Shown here: positions 1 through 11,561 of the stretch, piece after piece
How the letters are laid out: the number at the start of each line of letters is the position of its first letter
How positions within the stretch are numbered: position 1 is the stretch's first letter
Assembly (NCBI GenBank): GCA_964016885.1
Contig: OZ024747.1
Location: 2,852,001-2,916,000 of the forward strand
Source: Eledone cirrhosa
Taxonomy: Eukaryota
DNA: 64,000 nucleotides
Direction of reading: 5' to 3'
The notes under the pieces: generated by a model
Database searches by the model: none
Told to the model about the DNA's origin: nothing
Seen by the model: the letters and a program-made list of their open reading frames with translations, nothing else
Translations under genes and position numbers: made by a program

Positions 1-1469
1 TCCAAACTAACTTTGATAAGTAAAATTTGGGTTCCTGTGTATTCTAATTTTTTTGTTTACAAGCCTCATATCACATCTCATTTTAAAATAGTGAAAGTTG
101 TTGATTTGTACTATTAAGGCTTCTCATCACCACAAAGCATTTCTTTTATATTTTTATTCCGTCACAACAGAATGAAGGGAAAAAAAAGATTTTTTCTCTC
201 TCTAACATGTAAAATAGTTTCTGAGAATGAATAGAAAGTCTAAAGTCTGTCCCAAGTTTTATCCCAATTTCTGTGCTAAGTGACTAAGAGTATATGACTC
301 CTCCTCCTCCTCCCTTGATAGGACACCAATCCATCACAAGGTTAAAGTCTGTCCCATGACAAGAAGCTGTCAGGCCAGGATTTATCCCGGTTTCCATAGC
401 ATTAAGCATCTGGATGTACAAGACTCCTCTCTAAACAGAACTCCAGTCCATTACAAGGTTAAACCCACAGATATTTTTTTGAAAGACTAAGTTCCAATAT
501 TCCAGCATATTTCATAATCTGACCCTAACCAGGTCCCAAGGAGGCCAGATTAGCAAAACTGTGTTGCATCAGACACAAAACATACATACTGTATATGAAC
601 CAATAAATGAGGCTTGGCTTGTTAGAAATAGCAGTCAAATCTTGCTTCACCCAGTTCTTTTTGCATTAAGCAACTAAAAAATACATATACGATTGGGGTT
701 GATTTAATTAACTTTCTCTTTCCCTTCAAATTGCTGGCCTTGAGCCTAATACAGAAACAATTTTTATCCACTTTCTGTAGTGGAATGGGCTGGGTAGTTT
801 TTATGATTCTTATTCAATGCTACTGATCTCCAAGACGTGTCAGGAGACCATATCTCACTCATACATAGTTTCTCTAGATAAATGAATACCTTTCCTAACA
901 CAAACCACTTTACAGAGTGTACTGGGTGTGTTTTATCATAACACTAGCACTAGAGAGGTTGTCATGGTACAAATCAATTTAATCCATCTGAGTAAGTTTC
1001 TGTATATTTTACACTGAATTCACCACATTTTTCTCCAGGGATTGACATTTTATTCATGACAACCAATCTATTTCTCTGTCCTGTAACAATAAAAATAATC
1101 AGACTTTAAGTCTTACATGATTGATAGATGGGCCATCCAAGGCAAAATATATCATTGAGCTTGTCTTCATCTGGCAATGGCAAAAATAGGTGTTCATCTA
1201 GCATTCTTCTTCAATGGTTTTGTTATTTGAAGTACAAATACATATAAATATGTGTGTATATATAAATCATCATCATCATCATCATCATCATTTCATTTTA
1301 CATCCGCTTTTTCCCTGCTTGCAAGGGTGGAATGGGAACTGATACTGGCTTGATTTCTACAGCTGGATGCCCTTCCTAACACCAACCTCACTTACAGTGA
1401 GTGCTAGGTGCTTTTTTGATGTGGCACCTCCAATACCACTTTGCAGTGGAATGATAGAGACCCCAGTCC

Positions 1470-1618
1470 CTATCATCTCATTTCTACAGCTGAGTAAACT
1501 GGAGCAATGTGAAATAAAGTGTCTTGCTCAAGGAAACAACACATCACCCTGTCTGAGAATTGAACTCACAACCTTTCGACTGCAAGGCCAATGCTCTAAC
1601 CACTAAGCCATGTGCCTC
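1470..1618 (-). mobile_element. tRNA-derived CORE-like SINE (family B)
   Basis: TGGCTTAGTGG A box, GAGTTCAATTC B box, CORE-like CCTTGAGCAAGACACTTTATTTCACATTGCTCCAGTTTACTCAGCTG. Other copies at 29845-30120, 57560-57780 and 63815-64000. Confidence 0.8.
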
Positions 1619-1716
1619 CATATATATATATACATATATACATATATATGTGTGTATATATACATATATATATATATATACATACATATATATATGATAT
1701 ATATATGTATATATAA

Positions 1717-1768
<52 letters not shown>

Positions 1769-1825
1769 GTATATATATATACATACACATATATATATTA
1801 TCAAATGATTCTATGGACATACTTT

Positions 1826-1878
<53 letters not shown>

Positions 1879-2061
1879 GTGGTAGCAATTTCTTTTTCTG
1901 TCTCTAAGAGTCTTCACCCTGTTTTGTAACCTATTTCATGGCAGCTCTGTACATGAGAACACAACTCATTATATCAACTATATAATATATCTTTGCTAGC
2001 GTGGAAGATGGAAATTAAATGATGATGATGATGATGAGATATATATATATATCATCATCAT

Positions 2062-2126
<65 letters not shown>

Positions 2127-2793
2127 ATATATATATATTATATTATATATATGTGTGTCTGTGCATATCTACCCATACTCAGAAATTAGAAAACAATCAG
2201 CCACCAAACCATATATGTTATTTGCCACCTAACCAGACAGGCCATGAAAACAATTATTTTCATATATTAATTTATTCATACAATTTATTCACATTAAGAA
2301 ATTTGGCAACTTTGTCTTGCAATAAAAACATTTAGACAACAAAGGAAACAAATGCACAAGTACATAGAAGCTAAAAGGTATATAAACATTAGACAGACAC
2401 ACACATCTAAATGAGAATGACTTGGTAATGAGAGAGTAGGGGCAGAGATGAACAAGGGTAGGGAGAGCAGATACAACATATTATATATCTAGACATACAC
2501 AGACATGCTTAAAAATATATATATATATATATCATCTTCATCATCATCATCGTTTAACGCCTATCTTCCACGCTACCATGGGTTAGACGGGTTATATATA
2601 TATATAATATCATCATCATCATCATCGTTTAACGTCCATCTTTGACGGTACCATGTGTTAGACGGGTTTGTCCCACTTCAGGCAAGATCGGTCGGGTGAC
2701 CATGTCTCGCTCATATAGAACTGTCTCTGCCCTTCCTAACACCAACCACTTTACAGTGTGGATATATATATAAATATATATACATAAATATAT

Positions 2794-2871
<78 letters not shown>

Positions 2872-3020
2872 TAAATATATATATAATCAGACAAGAACTC
2901 TTGTGATAAAGAGAGGAAATTCCAGAGTAATAAGACTCACTAATAAATGGAAACAACAAAGCAAACAATACAGTACAATGAAGAAATATTTTAGTTTAAC
3001 ACTTGATATAATAGTAAAAG

Positions 3021-3060
3021 TGTCTTTACGTTTTGGATACAAGTCATTCATCAGAAGACA
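3021..3060 (-). ncRNA. Decayed hammerhead ribozyme (family of 32214-32250)
   Basis: TGTCTT-CTGATGA-...-AAAA(for GAAA)-CG-TA-AAGACA. The downstream tail 2945-3020 resembles the 32250-32340 tail. Confidence 0.55.
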
Positions 3061-3378
3061 GAATGAGAAATAAAAGATGAAATAGAAAGATAGAAAGTAA
3101 AAAGAGGAAAGAATGGAAAAAAGATTTTTTCCATAAAAAGCACGTCTGTATTCAATCAGCCATTTTGCAAAAAAAAATGTATCTATGTACTGACAAATTG
3201 TGTGATATATTCATTGAAGAAAATAGAGAAAAATAATTTTTTCACTACAGAAAAATATTTTTCTTTGATAGCAACATTATCCATATGTTTATTATATATA
3301 AATATACAGTATATGTTTATATATCTTTTCATATACACTCCTATTATGCTTGAACCCTGTCCCAGTGCTATTACCAAT

Positions 3379-3419
<41 letters not shown>

Positions 3420-3451
3420 TATAGCAGAGTATAACAGTTTTAATATAGATG

Positions 3452-3501
3452 AGATTCTACAGGACTAGAACTGTTTCATTCATTAGAAATCATCAGGAAT
3501 C

Positions 3502-3502
<1 letters not shown>
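3452..3502 (-). ncRNA. Type I hammerhead ribozyme
   Basis: AGATTC-CTGATGA-TTTCTAATGAAT-GAAA-CAG(ttctagtc)CTG-TA-GAATCT. Perfect 6-bp stem I and 3-bp stem III; element lies between (TA)n tracts. Confidence 0.8.
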
Positions 3503-3544
<42 letters not shown>

Positions 3545-3665
3545 ATACAAAAAAATGATCACTGATGCACAAATAGAATACAGATGCATACAACACCATG
3601 GATGTATATATATATATACACACAATGTAAATAATAAACAAAGAGTGTTTAATCTTTCAAACCTT

Positions 3666-3720
3666 TAATAACCAACGGACGTTTCATCCTAGCACACGGC
3701 AGGATTCATCAGAGTTATTA
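3666..3720 (-). ncRNA. Type I hammerhead ribozyme
   Basis: TAATAACT-CTGATGA-ATCCT(gccgtgtgct)AGGAT-GAAA-CGTCCG-TT-GGTTATTA. 8-bp stem I and 5-bp stem II. Confidence 0.82.
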
Positions 3721-4071
3721 AAAAAGTTAAACACAAATATAGGATCAAAACTTTGCTTCAAGAACATTTGGAGGATACATATTATGAGAGATTATATAAG
3801 TGCAGAAAACATGAAAAATAGAAGCAGATGAAATGCAATAAAATAAAGTAAAATAAAATAAAATAAAACACCTGCGGTTACAGATAAATGAACTACAGTA
3901 AAAATCATATACAATTGTGGACAAAATTGATGCTGAAAAAGTTAGTAATAGGAGACGCAGGAAAACATAGATTTCAAAATAAAGGTTCTCAATTTTACTT
4001 TTGAAAAGCATAAGAACTGTGAAACTGGGAAAGGAAATAAAAAGACTCCAGTGGCATTTTCGATTTGTTTT

Positions 4072-4128
<57 letters not shown>

Positions 4129-4361
4129 TGATTGATCAACCCAAGGATATCATTGAAGACACTTGTCCAAGGTAACATACAGTTGGACTGAACATGAAGC
4201 CATATAGTTGTAATAATAATAATTGTGAAAAGAACTGCTTAACCATGGAGCTATGCCTGTATCTGGACACATAAAATATCTGTAAATACATACATACATA
4301 TATATATATGTATTTATACATATATATATATATATATATATACCTATATATGTTATATATG

Positions 4362-4424
<63 letters not shown>

Positions 4425-4552
4425 AAGATATATTTAAAATTGTTGGGTTACAACTAGTAAATATTTATAACTGATATAAAAGCACTCGACAAATACTTGG
4501 AGTATATTTACAATATTAAATAAATGGAAAACTATATTTATAAAACCATATT

Positions 4553-4618
4553 TATTTCATTATATATATTTCGGGGATATCATATTAACAATATGCTATG
4601 CCTTCATCAGACAAAATA
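4553..4618 (-). ncRNA. Type I hammerhead ribozyme (mirror copy of 9799-9864)
   Basis: Reverse complement of 9799-9864 within the inverted repeat. Confidence 0.75.
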
Positions 4619-4981
4619 CAATATAAACAGTTTTATAGATAAATATATTCGACATACCGTAATAAACATCAACTTCATTTGAAGAGGTTCACTCTAGCAG
4701 TGAAAATACAGAGAGAAAGAAAGAGAGAGAGAAAAGAGGGAAATAAGAAAGAAAGAAAGACGAAACGAAGAAAAGGAAGAAAAAGAAGAAAAAGAAGAAA
4801 TGCATGGGACAAAATAGAGAGATGGAAAAATAGATAAAGCGAAGAGCTTCATGTAAAGAGACCGAAAGAGATATATATATATATATAGAGAGAGGAAATA
4901 GAGATAGATACATATATAAATATAGATATAGAAAAATTAGGTAGTGGGAGGTCATTTTGAGTAAGTGTATCAATGATGCAT

Positions 4982-5016
<35 letters not shown>

Positions 5017-6100
5017 GCTCAAGTATTAATGTAAGGGAGATATAGAGAGATATAGAGAGATATAGAGAGAGAAAAATTTAAAAATAGCCAGACATATTCG
5101 AGGCGTAGAAAACCCTATGTTTTAATGTATTAGTATTTATAAAACTTACACTATATTGTAAATATCAGTATTCCTGAATGAAACAAGTATTCACAATGCG
5201 TGAAAATTCATTATCTTATGTTTAGTTTTTTAAAAAATTCATATGTCTATGTGAATCCAACTGATTCACTCCGCAAATTCAAAGTTACCGGAAAACATTC
5301 TCAATGTGGTATAAACATTTGAGCGTATTATTATTCTTGCGATTACTCTACAAGATTATCTATCAAGCAGAAATAGAGAGCAGATTTCAATATACTAATC
5401 GAAAATATATATTATATTATAAGCAGAGATAACAATAATAATGATAATAAGTAATAATATAAAAATATAGAATAGAAAACTAAAAAAGAATATTACGAAA
5501 GAATATTACATAATAAAAATATTGCATATTAAAAATACTATGTTTTAAAATTATTACGTATTAAAACTTTACATATAAAAATATTAAAAATAAAAATAAA
5601 ATAAAATAAAAAATAAAAAATAAAAATATAAAAATATTATAGAATACTACAATACTAAAAGAATAAAAATAAAAATAAAAATAAAAATAAAAATAAAAAA
5701 TAAACCACAAAGAACAACCCTTCAAGGTTAATTGACAATATATTGCCAAGTTCACTACAAGACAAAGCCAAAAATTATCTATCAAATCACATCTAGCAAG
5801 GAATATCGCAAAAAAAAAAAAAAAAAAAAAAAAAAAGGTTATGATGTCCAATAATGTCTACATATGTTCCTATATTTAATATATAAGTTTATCAAGTGTA
5901 AGGTTAATTCATAAAATTTGGAGCATCGGCTTTTAGGGTAGCTTAATTTTTCATGAGGAATGTTTAGATAAAAATAAAAATAAAAAATAAAAATAAAAAT
6001 AAATACAATAAAATAAACAGTAAAAAGAGGGAATCAAAGATTTAGGAATCAAAAGATTTATCGGCTAGTTCTCATATAAATATAAATCAAACTAAATATA

Positions 6101-7816
6101 CTACATTTTAAATTTAAATTTATATTTAAACGTTGAGTTTAATCTATGTTTGCAACAACTGAATAAATTTGTCCGTAGGTTAAGGGAATTTTTAGATTTT
6201 AGTATAAAGAATATCTCCTCTGCGCAGAGGTCACATGTCTCAGAGGATGAATTAAAAGGAATCCCTCTTGAGACTATATTCCAAGCCGTCGAATATCTAA
6301 CGTTATCTAGCTTAAGTTGCCAGAGTACACCTGATAGTGCCGTTGAAGATTTTTTATTTGGATCTGTGAAAGAATTCTTGTGGTTATTATAGCGAAGTTT
6401 AAATTCCGTCGATGTGGAACCGACGTAGTTAAAAGAATTAGAGTCAGTATTAACATTACAATTGTATACTATATTTTTAACTAAGCAGTTGTTATTTAAC
6501 GGACATTTAGATCTATCTCTACAGTTGCATTTGTTAACTTGTATATTATTTATGCTATTATCAGTAGTTTTTAAGTTCCTATTATTTATTCTATTAATAT
6601 TTTGTGCTAAATTTTTGGTGGATGAATAGGTTAATTTAATTGTATGCCTATTGAAGATTGAGTGGTACCTATGTGTTCTAGGGAAGCGATTATCAAGAGC
6701 TTTGAAAAATAATTTAGCGATGTGGGTTTTAATGTTTAGTGAGAAAGGGGGGGCAAACCAAATTATGTTCCTAGTTCTATTTCTTTTTTGTCCTTTGGAA
6801 TTATTGTAATGCTTTCTATTATAGTTGTTAATGTTGTTGCCATAATTAAAAAAGTTGTTACTTTGTTTAGTTTGTTTATCATTATCTATGTACACAATCT
6901 TATCAGCATACCCTGCCCTAGCTAGTGCATCATTATAGTATTGGGCCTTTTCGTCAAAAATCTTTCTATTCGACGAGATCCTAGAGATACGCTTTTGGAC
7001 TGAGTTTACTATAGTGTTTTTGACAGATCTGGGGTGGTTAGAGTCAAAGTTGACATAGTTTAAGTTTTCATTCAACTTGTGAAAAGGATAGTGGAGACAT
7101 GTGTTGAGATTTAATGTTATATCTAGGAAATTGACTATTCTATGGTTGTTCTCAATTTCTATTTTAAGGTTAAAGTAATTAAAAAATTTTGTAATTTGTT
7201 TACATTTTCTATTTAGTTCAGGGTTATTATTATTAATGAGTAAAAGCATGTCATCCCTATATAAACCTCCGGTAGTACCAGGTATTTTCCTATGTAGCGA
7301 ATTGATTAAAAATAAGCCCACAAGGTCAGTTACTTGAGCTGAGTCGGAAGATCCCATAGTTATGTCAAAATTGCTATCTCTATCTGCTCTGGTCCATAAT
7401 TTGTCATCAAATTCTATCAAAGTTTTCCTAGCCGATAATATAATATGCATTTCTTTGCTAGTTAGGTCCGTATGTTTGAATGCGTAATTTAGTGCCTTAT
7501 TTAGTAGACTAGGGGTAATAGAAGAATAATAGTTAGCTATATCAAGTTGAATAAACCTATTATTATTGTCATATTTAATTTGCCTAAACCACTCAACAAC
7601 CTCTCCGGTTCCCTTCCACAAGCTCAGGTTAGATACATAATCCAAGTTCTTAATTTGCAGTATCACCCTGTCAAGAATGTTTTTGCTTAATTTGCCCAGG
7701 TCCGATTTTGAAGGTGCGATTAATCTAACTGGCAGGTCAATCTCAAAATTCCTCTTGTGGTCCTTCATATTGATCTTCGGTTTCCTGGGCACAAAAGGTT
7801 GTGTTCTGTTCTCAAT
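6101..7816 (-). CDS. PLE polyprotein, N-terminally truncated: reverse transcriptase + GIY-YIG endonuclease
   Basis: RT motifs KDHKRNF..RLIAPSKSDLGKLSK, FIQLDIANYYSSI, FDITMGSSDSAQVTDLVG, GLYRDD. Endonuclease region CNC..CPL..C, IVYNCNV..YVGSTSTEFKLRYNNH, CDLC, CKH. The frame stays open upstream of the annotated GTG (IENRTQPF-VPRKP) right up to the inversion junction at 7816/7817, so the 'start' is a truncation. Confidence 0.93.
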   Translation of the reverse strand: MENRTQPFVPRKPKINMKDHKRNFEIDLPVRLIAPSKSDLGKLSKNILDRVILQIKNLDYVSNLSLWKGTGEVVEWFRQIKYDNNNRFIQLDIANYYSSITPSLLNKALNYAFKHTDLTSKEMHIILSARKTLIEFDDKLWTRADRDSNFDITMGSSDSAQVTDLVGLFLINSLHRKIPGTTGGLYRDDMLLLINNNNPELNRKCKQITKFFNYFNLKIEIENNHRIVNFLDITLNLNTCLHYPFHKLNENLNYVNFDSNHPRSVKNTIVNSVQKRISRISSNRKIFDEKAQYYNDALARAGYADKIVYIDNDKQTKQSNNFFNYGNNINNYNRKHYNNSKGQKRNRTRNIIWFAPPFSLNIKTHIAKLFFKALDNRFPRTHRYHSIFNRHTIKLTYSSTKNLAQNINRINNRNLKTTDNSINNIQVNKCNCRDRSKCPLNNNCLVKNIVYNCNVNTDSNSFNYVGSTSTEFKLRYNNHKNSFTDPNKKSSTALSGVLWQLKLDNVRYSTAWNIVSRGIPFNSSSETCDLCAEEIFFILKSKNSLNLRTNLFSCCKHRLNSTFKYKFKFKM

Positions 7817-9400
7817 ATATTAATAGAATAAATAATAGGAACTTAAAAACTACTGATAATAGCATAAATAATATACAAGTTAACAAATGCAACTGTAGAG
7901 ATAGATCTAAATGTCCGTTAAATAACAACTGCTTAGTTAAAAATATAGTATACAATTGTAATGTTAATACTGACTCTAATTCTTTTAACTACGTCGGTTC
8001 CACATCGACGGAATTTAAACTTCGCTATAATAACCACAAGAATTCTTTCACAGATCCAAATAAAAAATCTTCAACGGCACTATCAGGTGTACTCTGGCAA
8101 CTTAAGCTAGATAACGTTAGATATTCGACGGCTTGGAATATAGTCTCAAGAGGGATTCCTTTTAATTCATCCTCTGAGACATGTGACCTCTGCGCAGAGG
8201 AGATATTCTTTATACTAAAATCTAAAAATTCCCTTAACCTACGGACAAATTTATTCAGTTGTTGCAAACATAGATTAAACTCAACGTTTAAATATAAATT
8301 TAAATTTAAAATGTAGTATATTTAGTTTGATTTATATTTATATGAGAACTAGCCGATAAATCTTTTGATTCCTAAATCTTTGATTCCCTCTTTTTACTGT
8401 TTATTTTATTGTATTTATTTTTATTTTTATTTTTTATTTTTATTTTTATCTAAACATTCCTCATGAAAAATTAAGCTACCCTAAAAGCCGATGCTCCAAA
8501 TTTTATGAATTAACCTTACACTTGATAAACTTATATATTAAATATAGGAACATATGTAGACATTATTGGACATCATAACCTTTTTTTTTTTTTTTTTTTT
8601 TTTTTTTGCGATATTCCTTGCTAGATGTGATTTGATAGATAATTTTTGGCTTTGTCTTGTAGTGAACTTGGCAATATATTGTCAATTAACCTTGAAGGGT
8701 TGTTCTTTGTGGTTTATTTTTTATTTTTATTTTTATTTTTATTTTTATTTTTATTCTTTTAGTATTGTAGTATTCTATAATATTTTTATATTTTTATTTT
8801 TTATTTTTTATTTTATTTTATTTTTATTTTTAATATTTTTATATGTAAAGTTTTAATACGTAATAATTTTAAAACATAGTATTTTTAATATGCAATATTT
8901 TTATTATGTAATATTCTTTCGTAATATTCTTTTTTAGTTTTCTATTCTATATTTTTATATTATTACTTATTATCATTATTATTGTTATCTCTGCTTATAA
9001 TATAATATATATTTTCGATTAGTATATTGAAATCTGCTCTCTATTTCTGCTTGATAGATAATCTTGTAGAGTAATCGCAAGAATAATAATACGCTCAAAT
9101 GTTTATACCACATTGAGAATGTTTTCCGGTAACTTTGAATTTGCGGAGTGAATCAGTTGGATTCACATAGACATATGAATTTTTTAAAAAACTAAACATA
9201 AGATAATGAATTTTCACGCATTGTGAATACTTGTTTCATTCAGGAATACTGATATTTACAATATAGTGTAAGTTTTATAAATACTAATACATTAAAACAT
9301 AGGGTTTTCTACGCCTCGAATATGTCTGGCTATTTTTAAATTTTTCTCTCTCTATATCTCTCTATATCTCTCTATATCTCCCTTACATTAATACTTGAGC

Positions 9401-9435
<35 letters not shown>

Positions 9436-9902
9436 ATGCATCATTGATACACTTACTCAAAATGACCTCCCACTACCTAATTTTTCTATATCTATATTTA
9501 TATATGTATCTATCTCTATTTCCTCTCTCTATATATATATATATATCTCTTTCGGTCTCTTTACATGAAGCTCTTCGCTTTATCTATTTTTCCATCTCTC
9601 TATTTTGTCCCATGCATTTCTTCTTTTTCTTCTTTTTCTTCCTTTTCTTCGTTTCGTCTTTCTTTCTTTCTTATTTCCCTCTTTTCTCTCTCTCTTTCTT
9701 TCTCTCTGTATTTTCACTGCTAGAGTGAACCTCTTCAAATGAAGTTGATGTTTATTACGGTATGTCGAATATATTTATCTATAAAACTGTTTATATTGTA
9801 TTTTGTCTGATGAAGGCATAGCATATTGTTAATATGATATCCCCGAAATATATATAATGAAATAAATATGGTTTTATAAATATAGTTTTCCATTTATTTA
9901 AT

Positions 9903-9908
<6 letters not shown>
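7817..9908 (+). repeat. 2092-bp inverted duplicate of 4509-6600 (GIY-YIG coding part 7817-8316 + 3' UTR/pLTR)
   Basis: Mirror ORF pairs all sum to coordinate 14417 (6101/8316, 5561/8856, 4689/9728), so there is no net indel. Boundaries checked base by base. Confidence 0.97.
9799..9864 (+). ncRNA. Type I hammerhead ribozyme in the PLE 3' end
   Basis: TATTTTGT-CTGATGA-(stem II with CATATT/AATATG)-GAAA-TATATA-TA-ATGAAATA. Stem I pairs over 8 bp with G-U; short palindromic stem III, typical of PLE HHRs. Confidence 0.75.
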
Positions 9909-9950
<42 letters not shown>

Positions 9951-10926
9951 CATATATATATGTGAAAGAGAAAGTATTGAGTCATGATAACTGAACATTT
10001 TGCTACAAATAACAGTTTCCAGCTTTGAAATTCTTCTCTGATCTCCTCAACTAATGTAAAGATTTTACTTAACGGCTGCCAAATAATGTATGCAAAGTAA
10101 AAAGAATGCCAAACAATAGTTTCTTTTAGCTTTCAAATATATATTATGTATGTATGTATATATGTATTATGTATGTATTATGTATATATGTATGTGTGAA
10201 TGTCTGTATTATGTATGTACGTATGTATTATGTATGTATGTATATATGTATTATGTATGCATGCATGTATGTATGTATAAAGTACTTACTAGAAGATTTG
10301 TAAGATGTATATATACTTACGCAGTATTTATATGGTTTTGCAGTATGAAATTTTGTCATAGCAAAAATAAGTATATGTTGTATGTTTTGTAGGAGTAGAA
10401 GAATCTTTCTTCCTTCATACAAACAATCTATAATAAGATCTTTCTTCCCTTTGAATAAATTTTAATATTCAGCTAAAGAAAACCTGCTCTCCGAATACAC
10501 AGACATTGCCAAATTTAATAAATATAAAGTAGTAATACTAATAAAAGAGACATAATTTTCTGATGTGATCTCGGAAAAATAACACAAGAGGATAGTCAGG
10601 AGAGATGTTGGTCAATGAAGATGGAAGTTATAGAATTTGAATCAGAATGAAAACTTAGAAAAAAAGAAGTCTTACAAAAGAACAACATTAGTTATGGTGT
10701 TGGATTAACATTCATAATATTGTAGGTTCAATTTCTAACCTAGGAAGTGTATTTTTTCTTGAATAAGACATTTTATTTCATGCTGTTTCTCATGATAGTA
10801 CTGCATCCTATAATTAAAATAGCTGAGAAGTTTCCTATTACCCTATTAAATGTAACTTTATAAGAGGCCAGAGAAACCTGTATAAGTGGATATGTACCAA
10901 GTGTTAATTTCAGTTTTTTATATTTC

Positions 10927-10960
<34 letters not shown>

Positions 10961-11508
10961 AAAAGGTAAATGGAAGCCCAATTGAAATGACTGTATATAT
11001 TTTATAAATACATAATAATACTAATCCTTATTGAATTTTGAATTATATATATATATATATTTATTGTTATACTTAGGGAGGGTCATATTGTAATAATATT
11101 GCCAGAAACAATAACAGAACACACTCACTGTTTGGTTGGTTTTCGCTTCTGTATCTTTTATATCTCCATAGTTAATTTATTTGGCAATCAACATTTATCA
11201 TTGATTGACCAACTTTAAAAATACAGATATAAATTTATATATATAGTCTATCAAAGTTCTTTATATTTATTATATATTTATTTATATATATATATATATT
11301 CAATTGACGGTAGCATTAAGACAGTATTTAAGCATAGTGGAGATATATATGAAAACATATAAACATATATATTAAGATTTTGTACAATAAACATATGAGT
11401 AACCGCGATACCAAAGTAAAATATGTTTTCATAACAAAACAAAAAAATATATATATTTTTCTCTATTTTCCTCTTTGAATATATCACAGAGCTGCTAGTA
11501 TATTATAA

Positions 11509-11561
11509 GAATATCAGACAGCACTGTTTTAAGATTTGTTAATCTTTCATGAGTGATATTC
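11509..11561 (-). ncRNA. Decayed hammerhead ribozyme (stems intact, two core substitutions)
   Basis: GAATATCA-CTCATGA-AAGATT(aaca)AATCTT-AAAA-CAGTGCTG-TC-TGATATTC. All three stems pair perfectly; GUC cleavage triplet. Confidence 0.7.

Larger units (their letters stand above)
4421..9908 (-). mobile_element. Penelope-like retroelement (Naiad-type), 5'-truncated, with an inverted duplicate of its 3' end, inserted in (TA)n
   Basis: Contains the RT+GIY-YIG ORF, a ~1.7 kb AT-rich 3' region and a terminal hammerhead. Both ends abut (TA)n tracts (~4320-4420 and 9908-9960). Confidence 0.9.

Noticed and set aside
1560-1618. tRNA genes at A/B-box motifs
   Set aside because: These are SINE heads continuing into CORE or Nin-like bodies; no full cloverleaf.
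6101-7816. Selenoprotein-type Naiad (in-frame UGA + SECIS), as reported for some Naiads
   Set aside because: No in-frame TGA in the retained ORF (it ends in TAG) and no SECIS recognised. The missing N-terminus cannot be assessed.
7801-8316. Stand-alone GIY-YIG endonuclease gene
   Set aside because: Identical inverted copy of the PLE C-terminus; its GTG 'start' is antisense RT sequence across the junction.
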